Part shown: piece by piece, positions 37,588-46,989 of the stretch
Layout: each line of letters opens with the position of its first letter
Numbering within the stretch: the first letter of the stretch is position 1
DNA from: Candidatus Latescibacterota bacterium
GTDB taxonomy: Bacteria > Latescibacterota > UBA2968 > GCA-2709665
Reading direction: 5' to 3'
Length of the DNA stretch: 64,000 nt
NCBI GenBank assembly: GCA_963667175.2
Contig: CAXXXF010000006.1
Location: forward strand, 160,001-224,000
The notes under the pieces: generated by a model
What the model saw: only the letters and a program-made list of their open reading frames with translations
Databases searched by the model: none
What the model was told of the DNA's origin: nothing
Position numbers and translations under genes: made by a program

Positions 37588-38631
37588 TCAAATATTCGAA
37601 AGGTAGGCATCCAGTTCTGTTTCCAAGTTTTCGGCTTCCTCCTTTGTGAGGTATGGGACCTTTATCGTGCGCGCCCAGAAGAATCTCTTTCCGGTAATTT
37701 CAGACACTTTTCGAAAATCCATTGCGCGGATTATCGGATCTCTTTCAGGTATTGGAGTGCTAAATTCCACGTGCCTAAACCACATATCCTCCGTATCACG
37801 TTTTTGGATGTCACCTCTCTTTACCCTACCTGCAGCAACGATACCGGTCCCTGTGTGGGAAAAGAAGACAATGTCGCCAGGATTAATGTATCCAACGAAT
37901 CGCTTTGTGTCTCCCCAGGCGGCGACTCGGCTGTTTTCTATCATGTCCCAGATCGAATCTGGATTGTAGCTCCTGTTGGTATCGAATAACACTCCCTTAA
38001 CGGAATTTGGATTTCGATGCTTGTCATATGGAAGTGCGAAAAATTCGAAATATTTCTCGTCGTTCAATTCATAAATTCTGTACGGAAGGAAGTCGATCGA
38101 TATTCCCTGTCTCTTCCAATAGTCCGCCGCATTGATAAGGCTATCGTCTGCAGCGCTACCGATTACAATCAATCTCTGTCTGTTGTTGATTTCTCTTTCG
38201 TCCAGTTGTTGCTCTAGGCCGAAAGCTTTCTTGTGCGCTTTGCGCAGTTCGATTTCATCTCCATCAGCGTGCTTTTGGTTTTCCTTGTACTCGCGAAATT
38301 TATCCTGCAACGCGTCGTAACTCCATTGTCCGGCACTCTGCGCATAACGCAATGCCTGTTGGACGGCATCCTCACCAGAAGTACCTCTCTTTAGCTCAAA
38401 AATGACCAACTCGCCTCGCTCGTCTAGCGCATAAATATCCGCTTCGGCCTGACCCTTCCGTTCTTGGAACACCGGCATCAGACTCGATTCCTCAAACAAC
38501 ACATCCAGAATGTTCGATGCGACCAAATCTTCCAGGTCTTTCTCAAAGTTCTTAAAGCTAGTGAAATCCTTGAATGCCACGGGTTCGAGTGAATCGAATT
38601 TCCCTTCGGTCGAATCAAGCTTGTACAACAT
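37588..38631 (-). CDS. NucS/Mrr-like PD-(D/E)XK endonuclease with a C-terminal EVE/PUA-like domain
   Basis: EKDLE, ADIYALD..G.LVIFELKR, Q.LRY; INPGDIVFFSH.G.GIVAAGRV. Confidence 0.8.
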   Translation of the reverse strand: MLYKLDSTEGKFDSLEPVAFKDFTSFKNFEKDLEDLVASNILDVLFEESSLMPVFQERKGQAEADIYALDERGELVIFELKRGTSGEDAVQQALRYAQSAGQWSYDALQDKFREYKENQKHADGDEIELRKAHKKAFGLEQQLDEREINNRQRLIVIGSAADDSLINAADYWKRQGISIDFLPYRIYELNDEKYFEFFALPYDKHRNPNSVKGVLFDTNRSYNPDSIWDMIENSRVAAWGDTKRFVGYINPGDIVFFSHTGTGIVAAGRVKRGDIQKRDTEDMWFRHVEFSTPIPERDPIIRAMDFRKVSEITGKRFFWARTIKVPYLTKEEAENLETELDAYLSNI

Positions 38632-38758
38632 AGAATTACCTCGTTATGATAACAAATGTGGCGGAGCAGGACGTATTGGAAGTCAAGTCCAGACCGCCGC
38701 CGCAAGTACCTGGATTTTACCGTACGTCCATACTACTGACCTTTGTAACACGTCAAGT

Positions 38759-39305
38759 CTACCTCGTCCAAGCCAGCGCGAGAGGCGAATATATGGACCA
38801 TGCCGAGCCGCGCCCCAATTGAGCGTAAAGGCGGCAGGCGGCGACGTCAATGTTCTGCGTTTCGATATTCAGTTGGTCGCATCCACGATTCCTGGCACAG
38901 TTATCGGCATGTTTGATTAATACCTTGCCGACGCCCCGTCCCAGGTACTCCGAGCGGACCCGAATGCCCCGCAGGCCAGCGAGGTCATCCTGCGCTAGGC
39001 AGTAGTCAAACCCATCCATGTGAACGGCGACGATCGCGCCGCCGATTCAGTCTCGATGCCGAAAGCGCCCAGAAAGATCCAATTCGACACGTCCCACGAT
39101 CTTCCGATCCGTCGTTCCGGGTTTTCTGGCCCGTCGTAGTCTTTGAAGTCTGGTGGATCCACCGGCTCTTCAATCAGCCGGATGCCGCCCAGGCAGCTGG
39201 AAACGACCTCGACACGAAAACGCCACTTTACTTCGAACGCAATGGGTACAGTGCTGTATTCTGGCAAGATGTCCGAGTTTTCCACAACAATGCGGCGGAA
39301 TCCAC
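38759..39305 (-). pseudogene. Frameshifted second copy of the streptothricin-acetyltransferase-like GNAT gene
   Basis: Split over two frames (38995..39285 and 38759..39019); GRGVG, IETQNIDVAACRLY. Confidence 0.75.
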
Positions 39306-39431
39306 CGATTCTTCCGGAACGTGTGACAGTATGTCAGTCAAGGAGCGCCGGTGGTAGGACGGAATCGGAGGGAATATTCAATTGCGAGTTTCGGCCGAAT
39401 TTGGTATTAACGCAGCGGTTTGTTTCCTATA

Positions 39432-40253
39432 TCATATGTCACGTTTGCACTTGAAGTGTTCTCTCAATCTCTTCGCAGCGACGTCACAGGAGACCTTCTC
39501 AATGTCACAAGCAGCAAAACTCATGCTATTCTCCACTGCAGAAAGGATGGAGGTCCCAGAACCGACAAAGGGATCGACCAATAACCCTCCCTTCTCACCA
39601 CTGATTTGAACAACACGCCTAGTTAATTCAAGCGGTAGTTCATTTGCTACTCTCTTTTTGAATTTCGAATGTCTGACTGGACTGAGATCATCCCAAACAT
39701 CGCTGAGATTAATTCCGGCTTCGATATAGCGTCTATATCCTCCGTAGTCCTTTATATATTCTCCACAGGATCGGCAAGTTGGTGGTGGGACCTTGGGTCT
39801 ATTAAATGTCCGAGGTTTTCCTTTCGTGAAATATAGGAGGGCGTAGTGTGCGGGATATAGGTAGCTGCCTCTTACGAAATTATTCTTCATTGATACTGCT
39901 ATCCAATGTCTAAGATGCAAATGATCCTGCAAAAACGCGCCGAATTTCAATGCTCTTTTTGGAAGGTGATAAAGATACAGAGCTCCTCCGGGTTTGAGAG
40001 CCTCAATGGAGGAAGTAAGGACTTCCTGGATGAATTCTTCGTAAGCTGCATCCGGTACTTGATCGGCTTTCTTGTCGCCCGACCCATATTTTTTGCCCAA
40101 ATTGAACGGCGGATCCAGAAACACAATATCTGCACATTCTTGCTCAAGGCTATTTAGAAGCTTGAGGGCATCGCAGCAGATCAAGAATCCTACATTTAGC
40201 TTACGTACATATCCTGGAGGCCTAGTTTTCCAGATAGACGGATTTTCATTCAT
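39432..40253 (-). CDS. DNA amino-methyltransferase (N6A/N4C, beta-class order)
   Basis: FLDPPFN (motif IV) before VDPFVGSGT (motif I); SDVW. Confidence 0.92.
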   Translation of the reverse strand: MNENPSIWKTRPPGYVRKLNVGFLICCDALKLLNSLEQECADIVFLDPPFNLGKKYGSGDKKADQVPDAAYEEFIQEVLTSSIEALKPGGALYLYHLPKRALKFGAFLQDHLHLRHWIAVSMKNNFVRGSYLYPAHYALLYFTKGKPRTFNRPKVPPPTCRSCGEYIKDYGGYRRYIEAGINLSDVWDDLSPVRHSKFKKRVANELPLELTRRVVQISGEKGGLLVDPFVGSGTSILSAVENSMSFAACDIEKVSCDVAAKRLREHFKCKRDI

Positions 40254-40264
40254 TTGTGATTAAC

Positions 40265-41248
40265 CTATCGATCAGTTTGTAGTTCAATTTGACCACAGCA
40301 AGTCACTTCTCCTGCACCCGACAAAATGCCTCGAAGGGCGGATTTGTAGAGGGTATCCGGAGTAGCGGTACCAATCTCGGTCCACGTGAATCTAAATATC
40401 CACGTGACCATCGGAGCATGTCTTTCGTCTTGACCATAACGTAGATTTCGCTCAGTAGAGACGTTCCAGCCATCATTGTGAACCAATCGTGTGATAAATT
40501 TGGGAACGGTTACCATTATTACCTTCTGTTGTAGTGTACGATCAAGTGTAGTAAAGTTCAATACATCACTATCTTTAACTAAACCGAATAGTTGTCGGCC
40601 GAAGAACTCCTTACAATCTTGGGCAAATTCGGGTACTCGCGTCAAGTTCTCTTCGAGGAATTTTTTGGTCCAGACCTTGACCTCTTCAGGCCACACCACC
40701 TCTCCATGCAATGTAAGGCATAGAGTCCAGTCATTTCTTGGTGGTTTGGCATGCAACTGACACAATTTACGAATCCAAGAAATAACGGGAAATATGACGT
40801 CACCATTCTCAGGTATGCCCTTAAGTGGATTATTAAGGTCAAGGTTAACTATGTGCGCCCTACAGAGGGGCTCGTCGTCGGACCGTGGCCAACTAAACTG
40901 TTCGTTACCACCTATAAGATCCTGAAAGGCTACTTCCCTGATTTTAAGTCCCGCAAATCGCTGCTGGAGTTGAAGAACAGCACTGCTACTACTCTCCACA
41001 GCCACGATTTTGTCTTGATCCTTTTCGGAAATCGATCCGACCTCTGTTACGTCAATAAGCCCTTCGTCAATTAGAATCTGAATGTCTCGACCAGCTCCAC
41101 CGCTCAAGGTCAAATACCACGGAAATTCACTGTTAGGATATTCCTCTGCTATGGATTTGACTCTCTCTAACCAGAGATTTCGAATAGCCCGCTTCTCCAA
41201 TCGGTCACAGGCCATTGCTTGGTCAACAGGCCGAACGCTTCCAGTCAC
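40265..41248 (-). CDS. Uncharacterised protein with class I SAM-methyltransferase-like features
   Basis: YLTLSGGAGRD, IVAVE and IVNLDL at spacings typical of beta1/beta2/beta4; fold call is inference. Confidence 0.7.
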   Translation of the reverse strand: MTGSVRPVDQAMACDRLEKRAIRNLWLERVKSIAEEYPNSEFPWYLTLSGGAGRDIQILIDEGLIDVTEVGSISEKDQDKIVAVESSSSAVLQLQQRFAGLKIREVAFQDLIGGNEQFSWPRSDDEPLCRAHIVNLDLNNPLKGIPENGDVIFPVISWIRKLCQLHAKPPRNDWTLCLTLHGEVVWPEEVKVWTKKFLEENLTRVPEFAQDCKEFFGRQLFGLVKDSDVLNFTTLDRTLQQKVIMVTVPKFITRLVHNDGWNVSTERNLRYGQDERHAPMVTWIFRFTWTEIGTATPDTLYKSALRGILSGAGEVTCCGQIELQTDR

Positions 41249-42756
41249 TATTTTAGTCGCTCCGTCAATCGTGATAGAAACTCGTCAATTTGGTCGGGTG
41301 TAAGGACCTCTTTCGCAGCGTCAACAACGAACTCGTATAGCTGACTAACCGTATATTTCCGCAACACTTGTTTGCGACCTCGCGGTGTTGTATCGGCGCT
41401 GGACCAAGCCATCGTAGTGTCAATCGCGGCATTCGGTGAAACTTCATTGATTTCCTGTTCTGCAATGTCGACGATTTGACGGACAACTTCCGTTGCCTGA
41501 GCAGCTCTTCTTTCCCTACTGCGTTCACCGTATATCTCAGAACGCACTAGCTTGATGAATTCCGATACGTATTCATGAACTGACCTTTGAAGTTCCACAT
41601 AGGCGGGATGTGCCTTTCGCAAAGTTCGCCTGTCGATATTCATCGCCTCCTCAAGCCGGTCATCAGCGGATATCTCACCGGAGATCCAAGACTGAAGTAA
41701 TCGACCTTCACTAGAAGGGAATCCTAGAAAACTTCGATCGTAGCCTCCGACGGCCCCATTCCGGATGCGAATTAAGAGCCCCTGTAACTCTTGTGGCCTG
41801 ATTGTCGCGCCTTGTGCGAAAAAGTATCCATTAGCAGAGACGTTTTTTCCGTTTAAATCAAAACGCCTAATAAGCGTTCTCTGCGACGGCGAAAAGACGA
41901 TCGGCTTCCTTATCTCGCTACCGTCGATTTTCAAAGTAAACCCCAATGAAGATGCGCTACAAGCTATGTCATCTACACTACCACTCAATGACTGTGGAAT
42001 CCAGTCATCGTAATAGGGTACTGGAACATTCAGACCAATTTCCAACATATTTCTTGAATATTCATCAAATTGATCCCAACTGTTGAGCCCTTTAGTCTTC
42101 AACGTCGCGCTTACAGTTTTTGGAGCTAAGCCGTATAGCGATTTCGATACCGGCGAGGACTCAGCTGGTCTAATGCCAGCAAGAATGGACCGGGCTTCAC
42201 CTCTGATGTTCTTCAAAAAAATGTGAGTGTAATGGCTGTCCAGATCACCAGAATTGTTAACGGATCCAGTGTAGTCAGCTCTCGCGACCTCGTTCCCAGT
42301 TCCTCCAGTTTCTTCCATATCCATTCTTAGTCGATCGAAACGGATTGATACTTCAAGTACCTGTTTACTACCCTTCTTTGTGGAGATAATTTCCATAATG
42401 TCACAGATTTCATTTGCAGCAATGAATCCAATGCCGATCTTGCCAATTTTGGGACGGCCCGACGGCGTCGTGTCTGAATCAACACGCTTGTAAGACTGAC
42501 TTATGACGCTGAAATGTCTTTCAAATTCAGCTCTATTGATTCCACATCCATTGTCTTCGACAATAATACGATTCGCGTCCGGCTTGACAAATACCCTTAC
42601 TAAGGTCGCATCCGCATCGAAAGAATTGTTGATAAGTTCCTTCAAACACGCAGCCGGAGATTCGTATAGACCGGAGCTTAAATCATCTACAATTCTAGAT
42701 GAAAACTTAATCATACCTTGAATGGAATTACTATTGGACATAAGATTTGATCTCAC
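41248..42756 (-). CDS. GHKL (HATPase_c_3 / prokaryotic MORC-like) ATPase
   Basis: LYES...CLKELINNSFDADA, VEDNGCG, GRPKIGKIGIGF, later GEISAD...NIDR. Confidence 0.9.
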   Translation of the reverse strand: MRSNLMSNSNSIQGMIKFSSRIVDDLSSGLYESPAACLKELINNSFDADATLVRVFVKPDANRIIVEDNGCGINRAEFERHFSVISQSYKRVDSDTTPSGRPKIGKIGIGFIAANEICDIMEIISTKKGSKQVLEVSIRFDRLRMDMEETGGTGNEVARADYTGSVNNSGDLDSHYTHIFLKNIRGEARSILAGIRPAESSPVSKSLYGLAPKTVSATLKTKGLNSWDQFDEYSRNMLEIGLNVPVPYYDDWIPQSLSGSVDDIACSASSLGFTLKIDGSEIRKPIVFSPSQRTLIRRFDLNGKNVSANGYFFAQGATIRPQELQGLLIRIRNGAVGGYDRSFLGFPSSEGRLLQSWISGEISADDRLEEAMNIDRRTLRKAHPAYVELQRSVHEYVSEFIKLVRSEIYGERSRERRAAQATEVVRQIVDIAEQEINEVSPNAAIDTTMAWSSADTTPRGRKQVLRKYTVSQLYEFVVDAAKEVLTPDQIDEFLSRLTERLK

Positions 42757-43234
42757 CCATTTGGAATCTGTAATGCACTAACCGATCCATCAGACCAGAT
42801 TAGATGACTTGCAATAAAGAGGGTGGGGTGACTCCTTTTTCGATAATACGCGTTACGGTCAGAGAACTCAAGAACTATTCCCGTATGCGTTCAACAACGG
42901 TCGGTTCGAGTCCGAGATTTACGGTGAATCCTTATGCCGGCCAAGCGGCCATTTGGCCAGATCCGGGACCAAGACTCACTCTGCTCGAATGCACGGAACC
43001 GATGTGCGTGTCGCTATTTGCACAATGGCATCCGCTTCGGTGTCAGCCAAGAGACAGCCAGTGTACCTGACCGCAATTGAAACGATGAAGCCGCCCAGAA
43101 AACCAAGTCGGTAATTGAGTTCTCTGAATCGTAGGTATTGACTCCGGCAGTCCATCGACCTTATTATTGTGCGTAGAACTCAAATGAGTGAATTGAATCA
43201 TCGTCGATGTTCCGGTTGATAGGGACCTTTCCGA

Positions 43235-43879
43235 ATGACTAAAACTGCTGAAGTCGCGGCATGTGACGCACGAAAGGTAGAGGATAGCTGCTTCAACCAC
43301 GCTTCATCTCTGCCGTACGGTTGCACAATAAAACACATCCGACTCGCAATGATCGAGTTTGTGGAGTTTTTGACCTTCGTAAATCAGCAGCTCTACACGA
43401 AAAATATCCCACGCCTTGAATCGATAATGATGCCGGCAAATTTCAGTAGTATGGTGGGCGAATTCATGAATGCAAACATCCCAAAGTATTGCCCAGGGCT
43501 TGTAAAGAATCTATATCACAACGGACATCCTGACCTGCTGCCCGCCGGCATTTTTCCTGACGATGCTGTGCAGCACGCAAGCGAGGGCATTGAAGTCAAA
43601 GCATCACGATATTTGAAAGGATGGCAGGGACACAATCCGGAGGAAAATTGGCTCTTGGTGTTCGTATTTGAGAGCAATCGCCCGGCGGACACAGCGAAAG
43701 CAATTAGACCATTCCCCTTTCGATTCCAAATGGTCGTCAGTGCATCTTTGAAAAAGGACGATTGGGTCTTCTCGGGTCGGAGCGGAACTAGCCGCCGAAC
43801 GATAACAGCAAGCGTTACCAGTTCAGGATACGAGAAAATGATGGACAACTGGATATATAAGGTGCCGGAATTACAGTAA
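43235..43879 (+). CDS. Putative type II-like restriction endonuclease (PD-(D/E)XK)
   Basis: GE...HPDLL...GIEVKAS; convergent with and overlapping a methyltransferase gene. Confidence 0.75.
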   Translation: MTKTAEVAACDARKVEDSCFNHASSLPYGCTIKHIRLAMIEFVEFLTFVNQQLYTKNIPRLESIMMPANFSSMVGEFMNANIPKYCPGLVKNLYHNGHPDLLPAGIFPDDAVQHASEGIEVKASRYLKGWQGHNPEENWLLVFVFESNRPADTAKAIRPFPFRFQMVVSASLKKDDWVFSGRSGTSRRTITASVTSSGYEKMMDNWIYKVPELQ

Positions 43880-44815
43880 TGGCAGTTGTGCATCCGAACG
43901 AAGTTCGCCTGGCGATCTCAATTCCGCCAATTTTGGAATAACGTGGCTACTCATCTCGAAATAATCCACATGCCGTTCAACACCAACTGATGAGATACCC
44001 ATGGCCTCCGCAGCTGCCAGTGTCGAACCTGAACCCATAAAGGGATCGACAACGACGCCCACACCGAGCGGAAGTGATGCGTAAACGACCTTTCGTAGGA
44101 AAGATTGCGGCTTAAGGCTAGGATGATCAGCAATATCCCGTTCCTTTCGCGGTGTTCGCTCACTCAAGATTATGTCACCGAACGGTTTGCCGTCTGGCCG
44201 CCTCCTTAGCCCGCCTGTTTGGAATTCCCTTAGACAATCGCTCACCTTCATACCTGGAAGCATGCGCTTTCTTAATATACCCCAGGGTTCGTGGCATCCT
44301 CTCGCCATAGACGATACATTCGGGAATTCCCTTTCTGCATTCTTGGGCCGGTCTCCTCCTCGGAGGGTTCGCACAATGCGTATCAATTGGCCCCGAAATT
44401 CCAGTCCTCCCTCAACTAGCGACGAAAACACTGCCTGAGAAAGGTACGTATTGGATGCGACGAATACATGGCCGCCTGGCCGGAGTATACGTACCAAGAG
44501 ACGGCTCCAATCTTTAAAAAAACGCCTTAGGATTTCCCGTTCATTCTGGTTCAACGCGGTAAATCTGGGCAAGGGCGCTCGCGTATGGCCGTCAAACGAA
44601 GGCGGGATACGCCAAATTCCGCCTTTGTTATCCTTTCTCTTTTCAAGCTGTTTCGGTTCATACTCTTTGACACCATAAGGCGGGTCGGTCACGACTGCAT
44701 GGATACTGTTTTCCGGCACGGAACGGAACCATTCGAAGCAATCTGCATGCAGTATTAGAGACTGGCGTATTGTCTTCGACCTATAGTGTAGTTTGAACTC
44801 TTCGAGAGTTTTCAT
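43871..44815 (-). CDS. DNA amino-methyltransferase (N6A/N4C, beta-class order)
   Basis: VTDPPYG, HPSLKP, VDPFMGSGST. Confidence 0.93.
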   Translation of the reverse strand: MKTLEEFKLHYRSKTIRQSLILHADCFEWFRSVPENSIHAVVTDPPYGVKEYEPKQLEKRKDNKGGIWRIPPSFDGHTRAPLPRFTALNQNEREILRRFFKDWSRLLVRILRPGGHVFVASNTYLSQAVFSSLVEGGLEFRGQLIRIVRTLRGGDRPKNAEREFPNVSSMARGCHEPWGILRKRMLPGMKVSDCLREFQTGGLRRRPDGKPFGDIILSERTPRKERDIADHPSLKPQSFLRKVVYASLPLGVGVVVDPFMGSGSTLAAAEAMGISSVGVERHVDYFEMSSHVIPKLAELRSPGELRSDAQLPLL

Positions 44816-45001
44816 CGTTTCTCGTCTCGTATGAGATTGTCTAAATATCCAGCAAAATCAATGAGACATCCGAAATGCAATCGCAAGCCGAAGTGGATTA
44901 CTACGGACTCGTTATCTCATTGGTCTATCAAATTCAACCACGAATGGTTTCAGAAACTCCGTTTACAATGCGCACTCAAGATTGATCCTTACGATAGAAG
45001 C

Positions 45002-45193
45002 CTATTCAGCCAACGGTAAAACGGGTTGCCGTCTCCGGTTCGCTTTTCGCGAGAGATACTCCGTAATCGCCTCACGGACGATTTCAGCCTTGGGTTTTCC
45101 CTCTTCGCCAGATACGGTTTCGAGATCTTCAAGCTGGGAAAGCGTTAAATAACAGTTAAACGGGATCTTTCGGTCGGAGATTCTGCGTGCCAT
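45002..45193 (-). CDS. Ribbon-helix-helix (CopG-like) regulator
   Basis: FNCYL beta strand, L..L......G..KAEIVREAI.EYL; AAGGAGG RBS. Confidence 0.8.
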   Translation of the reverse strand: MARRISDRKIPFNCYLTLSQLEDLETVSGEEGKPKAEIVREAITEYLSRKANRRRQPVLPLAE

Positions 45194-45241
45194 ATTGTCC
45201 CCTCCTTGCTAGACCTGAGAAGTTTCTAGCGAGCCCCTAAG

Positions 45242-45270
45242 AATATACCATATATGTTGCAATATGTCAA
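45242..45270 (-). promoter_or_regulatory. Sigma-70 promoter for the RHH gene
   Basis: TTGACA-17 nt-TATATT on the minus strand. Confidence 0.7.
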
Positions 45271-45384
45271 TCCGAAATAATGGTTGTCTAGACTGACATA
45301 ACATCTTAATTTCATTGCATTTTTCGGATATTATGTCTATTTTTCGTCGTTCGTCTCGTCCCCATGGTCTCCCGCGATTGTGTT

Positions 45385-46761
45385 ATGACGCGAAAAACCG
45401 CCGCCGGTCTGATTCTCGCGGTCCTTCTGCCGCTGATCGTCATGCTGTATCCGGCCGACGTCGGTACCGTGCCCCGCATGGCCCTGGCCCTCTCCCTCGC
45501 CACGGTCGTGCTGTGGACCTTCGAGCCGGTCCCCCTCGAATACAGTTCATTGTTGATGATCGTCCTCTTCCCCGTCCTCGGCGTCCTCACGTTCGAAACC
45601 GCCTTCGGACCCTTCTCGAGCAAGACCGTCTGGCTCATCTTCGCCGGCATGGCCCTCAGCCTGGGCATCACCGAAACCCCGCTGGGAACCCGGCTCTCCC
45701 GACTGGTGCTGGGACATATCCGGAGCCTGAGGGGACTCATCCTGGCGCTCCACGTCCTGGGCATGCTCTCCGCGCTTCTCATACCGTCGGGTGTCGTGCG
45801 GATCCTGATCCTCATGCCCCTCGTCATCACCCTGCTCCGGACGCTGGGCGAACCGCCCGGATCGCGAGTGAGTGTCGCGCTGATCCTCTCCCTGGTCTGT
45901 TCCACCTACTACGGCGGCACCGGAGTCCTTACGGCCTCCGTGCCGAGCCTGGTGGTTTTCGGCGTTCTGGAATCCCGGGACATCTCCGTTTACTGGGGTC
46001 AGTGGGCGCTGTATCTCTTTCCCATATTCTCCCTCTGCCGGGTCGCGTGCTGTTACGGGCTGATCCGCCTGTTATTGCCACTTGGACGCGAGTCGGGTTT
46101 CCAGACTGCACTCGACGACGCCGGCGAGATCCCCGATCGCTTCACGCCTGCAGAGAAGAAAACCCTTTGCATCCTGCTCGCGGGCGTACTGCTGTGGGCG
46201 ACCGATGCGATTCACGGCATCCATCCCGCCTACGTGGGCCTCGGACTGGTTCTGTTCTGTTATCTTCCCGGATTGGGACCCCTGCATCCTGACCTGCTGA
46301 AAAAGATCAACTTTCCTCTGCTCATCTACATCGCCGCCGCGTTCTCCGTCGGCCATGCCCTCGAAACCACCGGTTTCAGCCCCCTGCTTGCCAATCTGTT
46401 TACGGAGTGGCTGAGTCGGGTCGACGGCAGCCTGCTCGTCCAACTCGGTCTGCTCTCAGCCTTCATCCTGCCCTTCAATTTTCTGGCGGACACGGCCGCG
46501 GTTGCCGCCATCCTCACCCCGGTGCTTCTGGACGTCGCCGCTCAGACCGGCATGGCGCCGCTTCCCGCCGCCCTCTGCATGGCCATCGTCGCCAGTTGCG
46601 GCTTCTTTCCCTACCAGGCGGCGCCGTTCATCCTCGCCTACAGCTTTCGCTACGTGCATATGGGCCAGTTTATCCGGCTCATGGTTCTCCTCGCGCTGGT
46701 CTCCCTCCTGCTTCTCATCCCACTCAACTTCCTCTATTGGCGGCTTATCGGGCTGATCTGA
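45385..46761 (+). CDS. SLC13/DASS family anion permease
   Basis: W.FEPVP, F.....WLIF.G, LIPS...R; many hydrophobic helices. Confidence 0.88.
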   Translation: MTRKTAAGLILAVLLPLIVMLYPADVGTVPRMALALSLATVVLWTFEPVPLEYSSLLMIVLFPVLGVLTFETAFGPFSSKTVWLIFAGMALSLGITETPLGTRLSRLVLGHIRSLRGLILALHVLGMLSALLIPSGVVRILILMPLVITLLRTLGEPPGSRVSVALILSLVCSTYYGGTGVLTASVPSLVVFGVLESRDISVYWGQWALYLFPIFSLCRVACCYGLIRLLLPLGRESGFQTALDDAGEIPDRFTPAEKKTLCILLAGVLLWATDAIHGIHPAYVGLGLVLFCYLPGLGPLHPDLLKKINFPLLIYIAAAFSVGHALETTGFSPLLANLFTEWLSRVDGSLLVQLGLLSAFILPFNFLADTAAVAAILTPVLLDVAAQTGMAPLPAALCMAIVASCGFFPYQAAPFILAYSFRYVHMGQFIRLMVLLALVSLLLLIPLNFLYWRLIGLI

Positions 46762-46914
46762 TGGCCGTATCGAAAAACGCCGGTTGCTTCTGCCCCGCGC
46801 AGCGCCCTGCCTGCGTACAGGCCTCTTGTGGCAATTGATCCCAGCCGCGGATTTTTCGTCTTTTTCGCGTGTTCCGTAGTTTACAATGTTATTTTCCAAG
46901 TAGCTTCTTACCGC

Positions 46915-46943
46915 TTGACAAGCCCGGAATCTTCGGGTACTAT
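46915..46943 (+). promoter_or_regulatory. Sigma-70 promoter for the IorA-like gene
   Basis: TTGACA-17 nt-TACTAT with an imperfect palindrome CCCGGAA-TC-TTCGGG in the spacer. Confidence 0.65.
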
Positions 46944-46989
46944 CGGTATTCCGTCTGCAACAATGTCAATCTACAATGGGGAAGTCCTG

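Noticed and set aside
20396-45300. Accessory region as a prophage or ICE
   Set aside because: No integrase, transposase, phage structural or conjugation genes are visible in the window
45300-45341. dif-like site (TTATGTCTATT resembles an XerD arm)
   Set aside because: No matching XerC arm at the required 6-bp spacing
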